A DNA stretch of 55,247 nucleotides from Candidatus Amesbacteria bacterium RIFCSPLOWO2_01_FULL_49_25 (lineage in GTDB: Bacteria > Patescibacteriota > Microgenomatia > CAZETR01 > Amesbacteraceae). The notes under the pieces were generated by a model, which was not told where the DNA came from, did no database searches, and saw nothing but the letters and a program-made list of their open reading frames with translations. The DNA lies in the NCBI GenBank assembly GCA_001773725.1, contig MEXP01000027.1, positions 1 through 55,247 of the forward strand, read 5' to 3'. Shown here piece after piece: positions 1 through 8,651 of the stretch (position 1 is the stretch's first letter; each line of letters begins with the position of its first letter). A program made the translations under genes and the position numbers.

Positions 1-31
1 ATCGCGGCTTACTTAATTTTGATAATTTGAT

Positions 32-338
32 ATGCAAAATAATTTGCAGATATTAGTTTGGTGGGGATTGGCAATTGGCTGGCTGATCGTGTTATTTGCG
101 TATTTAATACTGGAAAGGGAGCGAAAAGACATGGAAAAACAAAAGAAAGAAATAGAAAAGGCGATGCGGGAGCGAGTTGGAGAACTGCAAGATAAAGTTA
201 TCTGAAATTGAGGGTGTAATTGGCGAGATTACTGAAAAAGCGATCAGAAAGATTATCGCGGAAGAGATTTCGGAGGAGAAACATAAGCAAATGGTGTTAG
301 GGGGACTGGAGGAAGTGAGGAAAAACTATGGCATGTAA
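32..338 (+). pseudogene. ATP synthase subunit b-like gene, frameshifted near 203
   Basis: 32..205 reads MQNNLQILVWWGLAIGWLIVLFAYLILERERKDMEKQKKEIEKAMRERVGELQDKVI* (one TM plus a charged coiled coil). It continues in another frame at 204..338 as EIEGVIGEITEKAIRKIIAEEISEEKHKQMVLGGLEE, like the b-subunit C-terminus, and overlaps the next ATG at 328. Context is delta-like and atpD remnants. Confidence 0.45.
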
Positions 339-692
339 TTTGTATGAAAAGTTATTAACCGTAGAGGATGCGGTTAACGCTGTCAGTGTAATTGATATAT
401 TACGCAATAGTTTGTACAGAACAGACAGCGGATCGTTTGATGGAGAAATGGAAAAACTGGCGACCTCGGAAATAGAACAATGTATAAGGGCAAATGTGGT
501 TATTGCGGTAAATAAAGAAGGCGTGTTGAGAAAACTATATAATTCGGTGAAATCTATGAAAACAATTATATTGTCTGTTGCGATTAGTTTTTCGAGGGAG
601 CTAAGAGTGAAATTGGAGAATGGGTTAAAGAGCACTTCGGAGAAGACTATTTGGTAGCAATTGATGTTGATGAATGCATATTGGCAGGAGTC
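328..692 (+). pseudogene. ATP synthase delta (AtpH)-like gene, frameshifted near 652 and truncated near 692
   Basis: ORF 328..657 stops early. Frame 654..692 continues VAIDVDECILAGV, matching the delta C-terminal VDxxIxGG motif, then abuts atpD sequence. Confidence 0.5.
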
Positions 693-693
693 T

Positions 694-1070
694 CTGTCGC
701 GCACGGTTTACCAAGAGGGCGGCTGATGGCAATTGATCTTTTGACTTCGACCTCTTCGGTACTTAGTCCCGGTGTGTGGGAGAGAGGCATTGCAAGGCGG
801 CGGTGGCGGCTCAGGCGATGTTGAAGCGGGCTGAGTCACTGGAGCGAATGGTTAGGCTGGTGGGGGAATCTGAACTGTCGGCGGAGAACCAGTCACTTTA
901 TAAGCGGTCAAAGAAACTGCGAAATTATATGACGCAAAACTTTTTTGTAGCTGAGGCTCGGACTGGCAGGAAAGGCCAGTATGTGCCAATTGCTTCAGTG
1001 GTGTCTGATGTAGAGGAGATATTGGCTGGCAGATATGGTCAAATCCCGGATGATAAGTTTTTATATATTG
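694..1070 (+). pseudogene. atpD: F1 ATP synthase beta subunit, C-terminal remnant with two frameshifts
   Basis: Three frames join into a beta C-terminus: LSRTVYQEG (694-719), RLMAIDLLTSTSSVLSPGV (720-776), then GERH...LERMVRLVGESELS...YMTQNFFVAEARTGRKGQYVP...ILAGRYGQIPDDKFLYI. The Walker A/B half is absent. Confidence 0.85.
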
Positions 1071-1077
1071 CCCCAAC

Positions 1078-1740
1078 ATGCCAATTTTGTATCCACGGCT
1101 TACGGGAAACTGGTATTGTACAGAGCCCGGGGGGTGTAGGAGTGATGGGGTTTTTACTCCCAAAAACTGCATAAAGACTTTATTGACGCTTTTTGACGGG
1201 TTTAGAAAAGGGTGCAAGGGTGTTAGTTACTATGAGGGTAAAAAACTTGAACTGAAGTATTCGAAGGTGTTGTTTGTGGGAAAGAGTTTGGGAGGAGCGT
1301 ATGTTCCGTTGTTGCCTAAGTTTGATAAGAATATTAATGAGTTAGCTGTTTTTTGTCCGGCAGTGGATCAAAGTGAACAGGGTGTAGTTTCTGACGAGGA
1401 GACGAATGGGGGTTTTATGCGGGAGATGGAGAGTGGGGGATATTACCATTTATATCGGGGGGTTTTAGGAAAGAGGACGTGGTGGAAACATCTGGAGGAT
1501 AAGGATGGATTATCGCCGATGGATAACATAGCCTGTTTGGGCGAAGCAAAGATGTTTATTGCTCATGGAAAGAAAGATAAATGTATCCATTATTCAAAGT
1601 CCGTGAAGTATTACGAGAGAATTATGAAGATATACCCCGGAAAAGGAGGACAATTTGTCCTGAGGTTGTATCCTGGTGGCGATCATGGTCCATCGATGAC
1701 CAATCTGGCAATCCAAGATTTTTTGGATTGGATTCTTTAG
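1078..1740 (+). CDS. alpha/beta-fold serine hydrolase, probably N-terminally truncated
   Basis: Nucleophile elbow FVGKSLGG, FIAHGKKD (acid) and GGDH (His). No upstream oxyanion strand is present, and the ORF is fused directly to the atpD remnant. Confidence 0.7.
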   Translation: MPILYPRLTGNWYCTEPGGCRSDGVFTPKNCIKTLLTLFDGFRKGCKGVSYYEGKKLELKYSKVLFVGKSLGGAYVPLLPKFDKNINELAVFCPAVDQSEQGVVSDEETNGGFMREMESGGYYHLYRGVLGKRTWWKHLEDKDGLSPMDNIACLGEAKMFIAHGKKDKCIHYSKSVKYYERIMKIYPGKGGQFVLRLYPGGDHGPSMTNLAIQDFLDWIL

Positions 1741-1765
1741 CAAATTGGGGGATAATCGTGTGTAT

Positions 1766-2119
1766 ATGAAAGCAGCGAAGGTCAAACCAACAATAAAATT
1801 TGCGGATTTGGAGAAGATTGATATGAGGGTGGGGAGGATTGTTTCGGTTGAGGATATGGAGAAGTCGGACAAATTGGTAAGGCTGACGGTGGATTTTGGG
1901 GATTTTAAGCGAAAGATTTTGGTGGGGTTAAGGAAAGAGAGAGAAAACCCCAAAGAAATTGAAGGGAAGCAGGCGTTGTTTGTGGTGAATTTGGAGCCAA
2001 AGGAGATGATGAGTGAAGTATCTGGAGGGATGCTGTTTGATATAGGATATGCGAACGGAATTACACCCGTGTTGGCAATACCAGAAAAGGAGGTGCCGAA
2101 TGGCGCAACGGCCGGTTAG
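1766..2119 (+). CDS. tRNA-binding OB-fold protein (CsaA/Trbp111/MetG C-terminal-like)
   Basis: FADLEKIDMRVGRIVSVE...SDKLVRLTVDFG...RKILVG...VVNLEP...SGGMLF; ATG at 1766 is preferred over TTG at 1745. Confidence 0.85.
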   Translation: MKAAKVKPTIKFADLEKIDMRVGRIVSVEDMEKSDKLVRLTVDFGDFKRKILVGLRKERENPKEIEGKQALFVVNLEPKEMMSEVSGGMLFDIGYANGITPVLAIPEKEVPNGATAG

Positions 2120-3701
2120 GGAATATCTATTGGAAAAGATTGGAAAGGTGGTAAAGCTGGAGCATCCGGAGATAGAGAAGCGGGGAGATTACTCTTTTTA
2201 CACGACCGATAAAGACGTAATGATAAAAGAAGACGAAGTGATTGAAAAAGTAGAGCGAGTGGGCGGTTTTGTCAATATATGGCTCAAAAATGATGTACTT
2301 GTCAATCAAATAGATGAAGTGATAAGACGAGGCCAGCAGTATGGAGGATCAACTGGCGGATCGGGAAAGAGAGTGATAATTGATTATTCCGCACCCAATA
2401 TAGCCAAACCTTTCGGAATTGGGCATTTGCGATCGACGATTATCGGACAAGCTTTGTATAACCTGTATAAATTTTGCGGCTGGGATGTAGTGGGTGACAA
2501 CCATTTGGGTGACTGGGGTACCCAATTCGGGAAACTGATATTTATGATTAAAAACACTGACACCGCGGATTATTCGATAGATAATTTGGAAAAATTATAT
2601 GTCGAGTTTCATAAACATGCGGAGTGGGAGGATGAGGGGAGAAAATGGTTTAAGAAACTGGAAGAAGGGGACGCCGAGGCAAAGGAGATATGGGAAAAGT
2701 GTGTAAAAGTGTCAATGGCTGAATTTGATAGGATTTATGAGTTGCTGGGAGTGAAAATTGACGCAGCTTTTGGAGAGAGTTTTTATGAAGATATGATGAT
2801 CGGGGTGATCGAGGAAGCCAAAAGAAAAGGGGTAATGCATGAGAGTGAGGGAGCGGGGGTGATCGAAATTCCGGGCATAAAGACTCCGCTCATGTTACTT
2901 AAGAGTGACGGCGGGACAACGTATGCTACTCGTGATTTGGCGACACTCAAGTTTAGGCGTGAGAAGTGGGATCCGGATATGGTGATTTATGAAGTTGGGG
3001 CGGAACAAGGATTGCATTTTGAACAGGTGTTTGCGGCGGCGAATATGCTGGGATATATAAAAGAGGGAGAAAGACTGGTGCATACGAAGCATGGGTTGTA
3101 TCTGGATATGGATGGGAAGAAGTTTGCGACCCGAAAAGGAAAGACTATAAAGCTGGAGGAAGTGCTGGAAGAGGCGATTGAGCGAGCCAGAAAGTTGGGA
3201 AACACTGACCAGGCGCAAGCCGTGGGAATCGGCGCGATTAAGTATTTTGACTTGATGCATTCGGTACAAAGTAACATCGTTTTTGATTGGGAAAAGATGA
3301 TGAATTTGCAGGGAAACTCTGGGCCGTACTTACAATATACACATGCGAGAATTGAGAGTGTAATCAGGCAGGGCGGGAAATTAATGGAAAGGTATAATCT
3401 TAGTAACTATAGGGTTAATAAAGAAGAGGAGAGGGTAGTCAAAATGATATATAGATTTGGCGAAGTTGTGGAGGAGAGTGCCAGCAGGCTGGCGCCGAAT
3501 TTGCTATGCGGTTATTTGTTTGAATTGGCGCAGAGGTTCAATACTTTTTATAATAAGCATTCAATTTTGACTCCCACAGGGGCAGCTGAAGAGGAGCGGG
3601 GGAGAACCAGGGAGTTTAGGTTGGCGATGACGAAGGCCACGGGTATAATTATTAGAAACGGATTGACATTACTGGGAATAGAGGCGCCGGGGAGAATGTA
3701 A
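2100..3701 (+). CDS. argS: arginine--tRNA ligase
   Basis: IDYSAPNIAKPFGIGHLRSTIIG, NHLGDWGTQFG, KFATRKG, GNSGPYLQYTHARI, C-terminal LGIEAPGRM. Start is uncertain (ATG 2100 or TTG 2130). Confidence 0.97.
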   Translation: MAQRPVREYLLEKIGKVVKLEHPEIEKRGDYSFYTTDKDVMIKEDEVIEKVERVGGFVNIWLKNDVLVNQIDEVIRRGQQYGGSTGGSGKRVIIDYSAPNIAKPFGIGHLRSTIIGQALYNLYKFCGWDVVGDNHLGDWGTQFGKLIFMIKNTDTADYSIDNLEKLYVEFHKHAEWEDEGRKWFKKLEEGDAEAKEIWEKCVKVSMAEFDRIYELLGVKIDAAFGESFYEDMMIGVIEEAKRKGVMHESEGAGVIEIPGIKTPLMLLKSDGGTTYATRDLATLKFRREKWDPDMVIYEVGAEQGLHFEQVFAAANMLGYIKEGERLVHTKHGLYLDMDGKKFATRKGKTIKLEEVLEEAIERARKLGNTDQAQAVGIGAIKYFDLMHSVQSNIVFDWEKMMNLQGNSGPYLQYTHARIESVIRQGGKLMERYNLSNYRVNKEEERVVKMIYRFGEVVEESASRLAPNLLCGYLFELAQRFNTFYNKHSILTPTGAAEEERGRTREFRLAMTKATGIIIRNGLTLLGIEAPGRM

Positions 3702-3714
3702 ATCTCAATTTTCA

Positions 3715-5013
3715 ATGACCAATTTTCAAATAAATTCCAATTTTCAATTTTACAAACTCAGGAATGGAGTGAGAGTGGTTTTGGTGCCGATGGAGGGAGT
3801 GGAGAGCACGGCCGTGGGGGTGTTTGTGGAGACAGGCAGCAGGTACGAGACGGCGAAAATTAACGGAATATCGCATTTTTTGGAGCACATGGTATTTAAG
3901 GGGACGAAGAAGTTCCCGACACACAGAGATACGAGTTATTTGGAAGGGCTGGGGGCGATACAGAATGCCTGGACAGATGTGGACGCTACGGCCTATTGGT
4001 GCAAAATACCGGCGGATAAGTGGAAAGAGGGACTGGATTTGGTCAAAGACCTGGTTTTGTATCCGACGTTTCCGCCTAAAGATTTGGAGATAGAGCGGGG
4101 AGTGATTTTGGAGGAGATCAATCGGAGGGAGGATAGACCGGATGAGATAGTGGAAGAAGAGGTGTTAGCTTTGATGTACGGAGATAATTCCCTGGCTATG
4201 ACGGTATTGGGGGAGTCTGGAGTAATCAAGTCTGTTCGAAGGGATGATTTTGCGGCATACCATGACAGCCAATACGTGGCCGGAAGGATTGTAGTTGCTT
4301 TGGCGGGCAAATTGGAAAGCGCTGAGTGCAAAAAACAAATTGAGGAGTGGTTTGGGGGGTTGCAGGCAGATCGGGGGCGTGAGTTTGTGAGGTGGGAGGG
4401 TTTGCAAAAAGAACCACGGGTGAGAATCAGACACAAGGATTTGGCGGCCCAGGCTCATGTGGACCTGTCTGTGTTTGGGTATACCCTGAGTGACCCGAGG
4501 AGATTTGCTCTGGCCTTGCTGACGACTTATCTGGGTCAAGGGTTGTCTTCCCGGCTTTTTTTGGAATTGAGAGAAAAGAGGGGTTTGTGTTATGCTGTAT
4601 CTGCCGGAACAATGAAGCTTCCCGATACGGGGACGTTTGGAGTGTATGCGGGATTGAATGTCGGCAAGCTGGAGGAAGCAATAAAGGCCATATTGGAAGA
4701 GCTGGTTCGGGTAAAGCTACAAAGGTTGAATGATGAGGAACTGGCGGCGGCGAAAGAAAAAGTCCGGGGGCCGACGCTGTTTTCGGCGGAAAATCCCGTA
4801 AATGTGATGAACTATTACGCCAAGCAGGCGCTGGATCGGCCGGAGGAGATATTGTCCTATGAGCAGGCGATTGAGCGAGTGATGCAGATTGATGCTGAAG
4901 AGGTGCAGAAAGTAGCACAGAGTATCTTTTTGACGCAGGGGTTGAATTTGGCCATTGTGGGTCCGGTGGAAGAAAATCGGAAAGAGGAGCTTCTCAATTT
5001 GATGAAGTTTTAG
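3715..5013 (+). CDS. M16 family (pitrilysin/insulinase-like) zinc peptidase
   Basis: GISHFLEHMVFKGT (HxxEH), ERGVILEE, SSRLFLELREKRGLCY. Confidence 0.95.
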   Translation: MTNFQINSNFQFYKLRNGVRVVLVPMEGVESTAVGVFVETGSRYETAKINGISHFLEHMVFKGTKKFPTHRDTSYLEGLGAIQNAWTDVDATAYWCKIPADKWKEGLDLVKDLVLYPTFPPKDLEIERGVILEEINRREDRPDEIVEEEVLALMYGDNSLAMTVLGESGVIKSVRRDDFAAYHDSQYVAGRIVVALAGKLESAECKKQIEEWFGGLQADRGREFVRWEGLQKEPRVRIRHKDLAAQAHVDLSVFGYTLSDPRRFALALLTTYLGQGLSSRLFLELREKRGLCYAVSAGTMKLPDTGTFGVYAGLNVGKLEEAIKAILEELVRVKLQRLNDEELAAAKEKVRGPTLFSAENPVNVMNYYAKQALDRPEEILSYEQAIERVMQIDAEEVQKVAQSIFLTQGLNLAIVGPVEENRKEELLNLMKF

Positions 5014-5025
5014 TAGAATCGGAGC

Positions 5026-5658
5026 ATGCTAAGTCGAGGGCTGGAGAAGTACAATGAAAAGACCTTGGTTTTGTTGAAGCCGGACGTGGTGCAAAGAGGT
5101 TTGATGGGCGAGATTATCTCCCGATTTGAGAAAAAGGGATTGAAGATTGCGGCCATGAAGATGGTTTGGGCGTCGGAGGAGATGGCCCTTAAGCACTACA
5201 CCTGGCCGGAGCATGCCATGATAGCTTTGGGTGAACGAACGATTGCCGTTTATAAGGATAGAGGAATTGAGGAAAATAGGACGGCCAAGGAAATTGCTTT
5301 GGATATCCAGAAGAAGTTGGTGAGGTATTTGTCGGCAGGCCCATTGGTGGCGATAGTTTTGGAGGGGGCACACGCTATCGCTTATGTGAGAAAAATGAGA
5401 GGAAGCGTGAATACGCTTGGTGCCGATTTGGGGTCGATAACTGCGGACTACACAGTTGACTCTTATTTCATTTCCGATGAGGATGACAGATCGGCGAGGA
5501 CTTTGGTGCATGCTTCGGGATCGGTTGAAGAGGCGGGTATGGAAATTCCGATTTGGTTTGGCGAGGAAGAGATATATTCTTACAACTTGGCGATTGATGA
5601 GATCCTGTATTCCAGACAGTGGGAGGATACATACAGGCATTTGATTAGTAAAAAGTAA
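5026..5658 (+). CDS. ndk: nucleoside diphosphate kinase
   Basis: TLVLLKPDVVQRGLMGEIISRFEKKGLKIAAMK; catalytic LVHAS. Confidence 0.93.
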   Translation: MLSRGLEKYNEKTLVLLKPDVVQRGLMGEIISRFEKKGLKIAAMKMVWASEEMALKHYTWPEHAMIALGERTIAVYKDRGIEENRTAKEIALDIQKKLVRYLSAGPLVAIVLEGAHAIAYVRKMRGSVNTLGADLGSITADYTVDSYFISDEDDRSARTLVHASGSVEEAGMEIPIWFGEEEIYSYNLAIDEILYSRQWEDTYRHLISKK

Positions 5659-5750
5659 CTTGTAGTATTTGTGTAATTTGAATGTGGAGTTCGAACACAA
5701 TTTGTGTTTTGGTGATTGACAATGAATGGTAAAAGTGGTTCTATATATTC

Positions 5751-5915
5751 ATGTCTGCCTTGAAAATTAAGAGTGTGAGAGTTGAGGAGCTGAGGAGTAA
5801 AAGTGATAAGAATGCTAAAGCAAAAGTAGTAAAGAATCCTGTAGTTCTGGAAGGGTTAAAAGAGAAGTGGACAAGCTTGATGCAGTTTGTGGCGGTGGGG
5901 GGAGATTTCGTTTAG
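5751..5915 (+). CDS. small hypothetical protein (54 aa), not in ORF track
   Basis: MSALKIKSVRVEELRSKSDKNAKAKVVKNPVVLEGLKEKWTSLMQFVAVGGDFV*. TTGACA lies at 5716-5721 upstream. No family recognised. Confidence 0.35.
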   Translation: MSALKIKSVRVEELRSKSDKNAKAKVVKNPVVLEGLKEKWTSLMQFVAVGGDFV

Positions 5916-5963
5916 ATTAAGAGACTGGTCAATAGAGAGCGATAGTGGAGTAAAATATGGTGG

Positions 5964-6035
5964 CGGGGTGTAGTGAATCGGTATCACGCTACGTTCGGGA
6001 CGTAGAAACAGAGGGTTCAATTCCCTCCACCCCGA
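5964..6035 (+). tRNA. tRNA-Pro, anticodon CGG (CCA not encoded)
   Basis: Acceptor CGGGGTG/CACCCCG, D-stem GTGA/TCAC, anticodon arm CTACG-TTCGGGA-CGTAG, T-arm GAGGG-TTCAATT-CCCTC; C1:G72 and A73. Confidence 0.93.
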
Positions 6036-6039
6036 CATT

Positions 6040-6114
6040 GACCCCGTAGCTCAATGGATAGAGCAAGGGTTTCCTAAACCTTAGATGCAGGTTCGATTCC
6101 TGCCGGGGTCACCA
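6040..6114 (+). tRNA. tRNA-Arg, anticodon CCT, CCA encoded
   Basis: Acceptor GACCCCG/CGGGGTC, D-arm GCTC-AATGGATA-GAGC, anticodon arm AGGGT-TTCCTAA-ACCTT, T-arm GCAGG-TTCGATT-CCTGC, ends ACCA. Confidence 0.96.
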
Positions 6115-6129
6115 AGTGAAATCGATGAA

Positions 6130-6372
6130 CTAGTGGAGGAAGACTTCGAAGTGGCTGGGGCCGATGATATATCCCGGGCCGGGGGAACGCTCGGTGATAA
6201 TTTCGCCGCTGGGGGTAAGTCTGGTGCAGTTGAGTTCTAAAGTTGCTCCTCGGCCCGAAGTACTCAAGACTTCTATGACGGTGATGGGATAGCAGGATTC
6301 TTTGAGGGGGTTGCAGGCGGCCAGGGTGAACGAGGCGATGACTAGGAGTGATGCGGCACGGTGGGGGAGCAT
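6130..6372 (-). CDS. small putative lipoprotein
   Basis: Hydrophobic N-terminus ending in a lipobox-like LAAC; start lies 1 nt after the PEGA gene stop. Confidence 0.55.
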   Translation of the reverse strand: MLPHRAASLLVIASFTLAACNPLKESCYPITVIEVLSTSGRGATLELNCTRLTPSGEIITERSPGPGYIIGPSHFEVFLH

Positions 6373-6373
6373 G

Positions 6374-7627
6374 TTATCTGAGGCTGACGGCGTAGAGGTT
6401 GGGTTGGGAGGAGAGAGAGGGATTTAAGTTGGAGAGGATGAGTACCTGCTTGCCGGAAGGGTAAGGGAAGGCGTAGCTGTTTTCCATTGGACCGGAGTAG
6501 ACCACGGTAGGGTTGGTGGAGTCGTATTCCATAATGGTAACTTGCTTGTCGTTGACCTTGATGAGGTGGCCGGAGTCGGGAAACCAAGACCAACCGGCGT
6601 TGGCAGTAGTAGGGAGCAAGGGTGACGCGGCGAGGGTTTTTGATTTTTTGGGGAGGCTGAGGCCGAGGCTGGGGCTGGGAGTGGGGACAGTACCTTCGTC
6701 TATGGAGAAGTTGCGGTCTTCCTCGAGATCATAGACATAGACGCGGCTGGGGATGAGGTATCTTTGTTGAGGTTGAGAATTGGAGCCGGGAAGGGGTTTT
6801 TTGAGGATGTCGGGGATATAGGCTGAGGCGGTGGCGGTGTACAGGAGTTTGTTTTCTTTGGGTGACCAGACGAGGCTGGCGGAAGAAGTGGCCAAAGTTT
6901 CGACTAAAATGGGAGACAGAGTGGACAGTTTTTGGAAATCGAGCAGGGTTTGGCGCTGGAGCCAGTTGGCGAGGGTGGTGGAGGTGACGGTCAGGGTGGA
7001 AGTGGTTGAGGAAGTGTCGACTAAATACGCTGAAGAAGAAGCGGTGTCTACGAGGATTTGGCGGGAGTTCGGGGACCAGATTAAATTTGCAACCCGCCAG
7101 TTGGCGGGGAGGTTGGAAATTAACTTTGGTTCGCGGTTGATGAGGCCCAAGGGTGATTCGGTGAGGTCAAGAAGATAGAGACGGGGTGAAGTCGGTTGAG
7201 TGGATTGGATAAAGGCCACATGGGTGCCATCCGGTGAGAGCGACGGAATAGCGGCACCGGAGGAGGTGATGGCTTTGAGGGAGGGGACGGAAGGAAAGAG
7301 AGTGGCGGAGGCGCGAGTGACGATTTCCGGTTCTAAGGTCAAAGTTTTTTTCCAGGGTTGGAAACCGTCTTTTTTGATTTCGACTTCGTAATGCCCGGGT
7401 GAGAGATTCGTGGTGGTGTTGGTGGCGGAGAGAAGCGTGCCATTGATGTAAATTTGGGCGCCGTCCGGATTGGATGTGGCGACCAGAAGGCCGGTGGGGC
7501 TGATGGTTTTGGTGGACGGGTCGGGGCGATAGCCGCGGGCGAAAAGTATAACTAAATATGTCAAACTGGGGACTAGTATGAGACCGGCGACAAAGAGTAG
7601 AATCCGGAGTGTCACGGTTTTTTGCAT
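6374..7627 (-). CDS. membrane-anchored PEGA-domain / beta-propeller (TolB-like) protein
   Basis: True start is probably MQKTVTLRILL at 7627, as the longer ORF overlaps mreB. N-terminal TM, PEGA (GLLVATSNPDGAQIYINGT...LSPGHYEVEIKKDGFQPWKK), then SPDG/WSPN/WFPD propeller motifs. Confidence 0.8.
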   Translation of the reverse strand: MQKTVTLRILLFVAGLILVPSLTYLVILFARGYRPDPSTKTISPTGLLVATSNPDGAQIYINGTLLSATNTTTNLSPGHYEVEIKKDGFQPWKKTLTLEPEIVTRASATLFPSVPSLKAITSSGAAIPSLSPDGTHVAFIQSTQPTSPRLYLLDLTESPLGLINREPKLISNLPANWRVANLIWSPNSRQILVDTASSSAYLVDTSSTTSTLTVTSTTLANWLQRQTLLDFQKLSTLSPILVETLATSSASLVWSPKENKLLYTATASAYIPDILKKPLPGSNSQPQQRYLIPSRVYVYDLEEDRNFSIDEGTVPTPSPSLGLSLPKKSKTLAASPLLPTTANAGWSWFPDSGHLIKVNDKQVTIMEYDSTNPTVVYSGPMENSYAFPYPSGKQVLILSNLNPSLSSQPNLYAVSLR

Positions 7628-7640
7628 AGACTGATTATAT
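7627..7640. promoter_or_regulatory. overlapping divergent -10 elements (PEGA gene / mreB)
   Basis: Minus strand TATAAT (7639-7634) lies 6 nt before ATG 7627. Plus strand TAGACT (7627-7632) lies 8 nt before ATG 7641. Confidence 0.55.
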
Positions 7641-8651
7641 ATGTTCTCTTTGTCTAAAAGGATAGGAATTGATTTGGGGACGGCGAATAGCCTGGTGTGG
7701 CTGGCCGGGCGGGGGATTGTGGCGAATGAGCCGACGGTGGTGGCGGTGAAGATTGATGATGGACAGGTGATTGAGGTGGGAAATGCGGCCAAGGAGATGC
7801 TGGGGAAAACTCCGGGCAATATCCGGGCGTCCCGGCCGATGCGGGACGGGGTGATTGCTGATTACCGGGTGACTGAGGCGATGTTGAGGTACTTTATCCA
7901 GAGAGTATGCGGGAGGGTGTTTTTGTTTAAACCGGAGGTGATGATTTGTGTGCCGGCGGGTGTGACTCAAGTGGAGCGGCGGGCGGTGTTGGATGCGACC
8001 TTGGCATCCGGGGCGAAGACGGCGTATCTGATTGACGAACCATTGGCGGCGGCGATTGGGGCGAAACTACCAATTGCGGCGGCGTCGGGGAACATGATTA
8101 TTGATATCGGCGGGGGATCGGCCGAGGCGGCGGTGATTTCACTGGGAGGAGTGGTGGTGCATAAAAGTGTGCGGGTGGCGGGCAACAAACTGGACGAGGC
8201 GATAATAAATTACATGAAGCGCCGGCACAATCTGATAATCGGGGAGACCACGGCCGAGGAGGTAAAAAAGAGAATCGGTTCGGCGACTGTCTTGCCGGTG
8301 GAGGAAACTATGGAGGTGAAGGGGCGGGACAGTGTGACTGGGCTGCCGCGGGCGGTGGTGGTAAGCAGTACCGAGATCACCGAGGCGATTCGGGCGGTAC
8401 TGACGCAAATTGTGGGGGCGGCCAAAGGAGTGTTGGAACAGACGCCGCCGGAGTTGGCGTCCGACATCATCGACAAAGGGATTGTGATGAGCGGGGGGAC
8501 TTCAGTCCTTCGAAACTTTGACCGGTTTATGACTGAGTTGACGGGGGTGCCGTGTCATGTGGCCGAGGAGCCGCTGTTGTGTGTGGTGCGGGGGACGGGA
8601 GTGGCTATTGAGAATTTGGACTTGTATAAGAAGAGTGTTAGTCGGAGGTGA
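7641..8651 (+). CDS. mreB: rod shape-determining actin homolog MreB
   Basis: IGIDLGTANSLV, EPTVVA, RPMRDGVIAD, IIDIGGGSAE, VMSGGTS. Confidence 0.97.
   Translation: MFSLSKRIGIDLGTANSLVWLAGRGIVANEPTVVAVKIDDGQVIEVGNAAKEMLGKTPGNIRASRPMRDGVIADYRVTEAMLRYFIQRVCGRVFLFKPEVMICVPAGVTQVERRAVLDATLASGAKTAYLIDEPLAAAIGAKLPIAAASGNMIIDIGGGSAEAAVISLGGVVVHKSVRVAGNKLDEAIINYMKRRHNLIIGETTAEEVKKRIGSATVLPVEETMEVKGRDSVTGLPRAVVVSSTEITEAIRAVLTQIVGAAKGVLEQTPPELASDIIDKGIVMSGGTSVLRNFDRFMTELTGVPCHVAEEPLLCVVRGTGVAIENLDLYKKSVSRR

Noticed and set aside
203-726. UGA-as-glycine recoding (genetic code 25) to rescue the broken atp genes
   Set aside because: Homology continues in different frames rather than through the TGA, and TGA ends intact genes (mreB, tatC, gmd).
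776-1174. 132-aa ORF as an intact ATP synthase subunit
   Set aside because: It is only the last frame of a frameshifted atpD fragment, and its tail runs out of frame into the next gene.
7628-7819. N-terminal 64 codons of the 481-aa ORF
   Set aside because: They overlap mreB antisense; the ATG at 7627 has a TM-bearing N-terminus and a -10 box.
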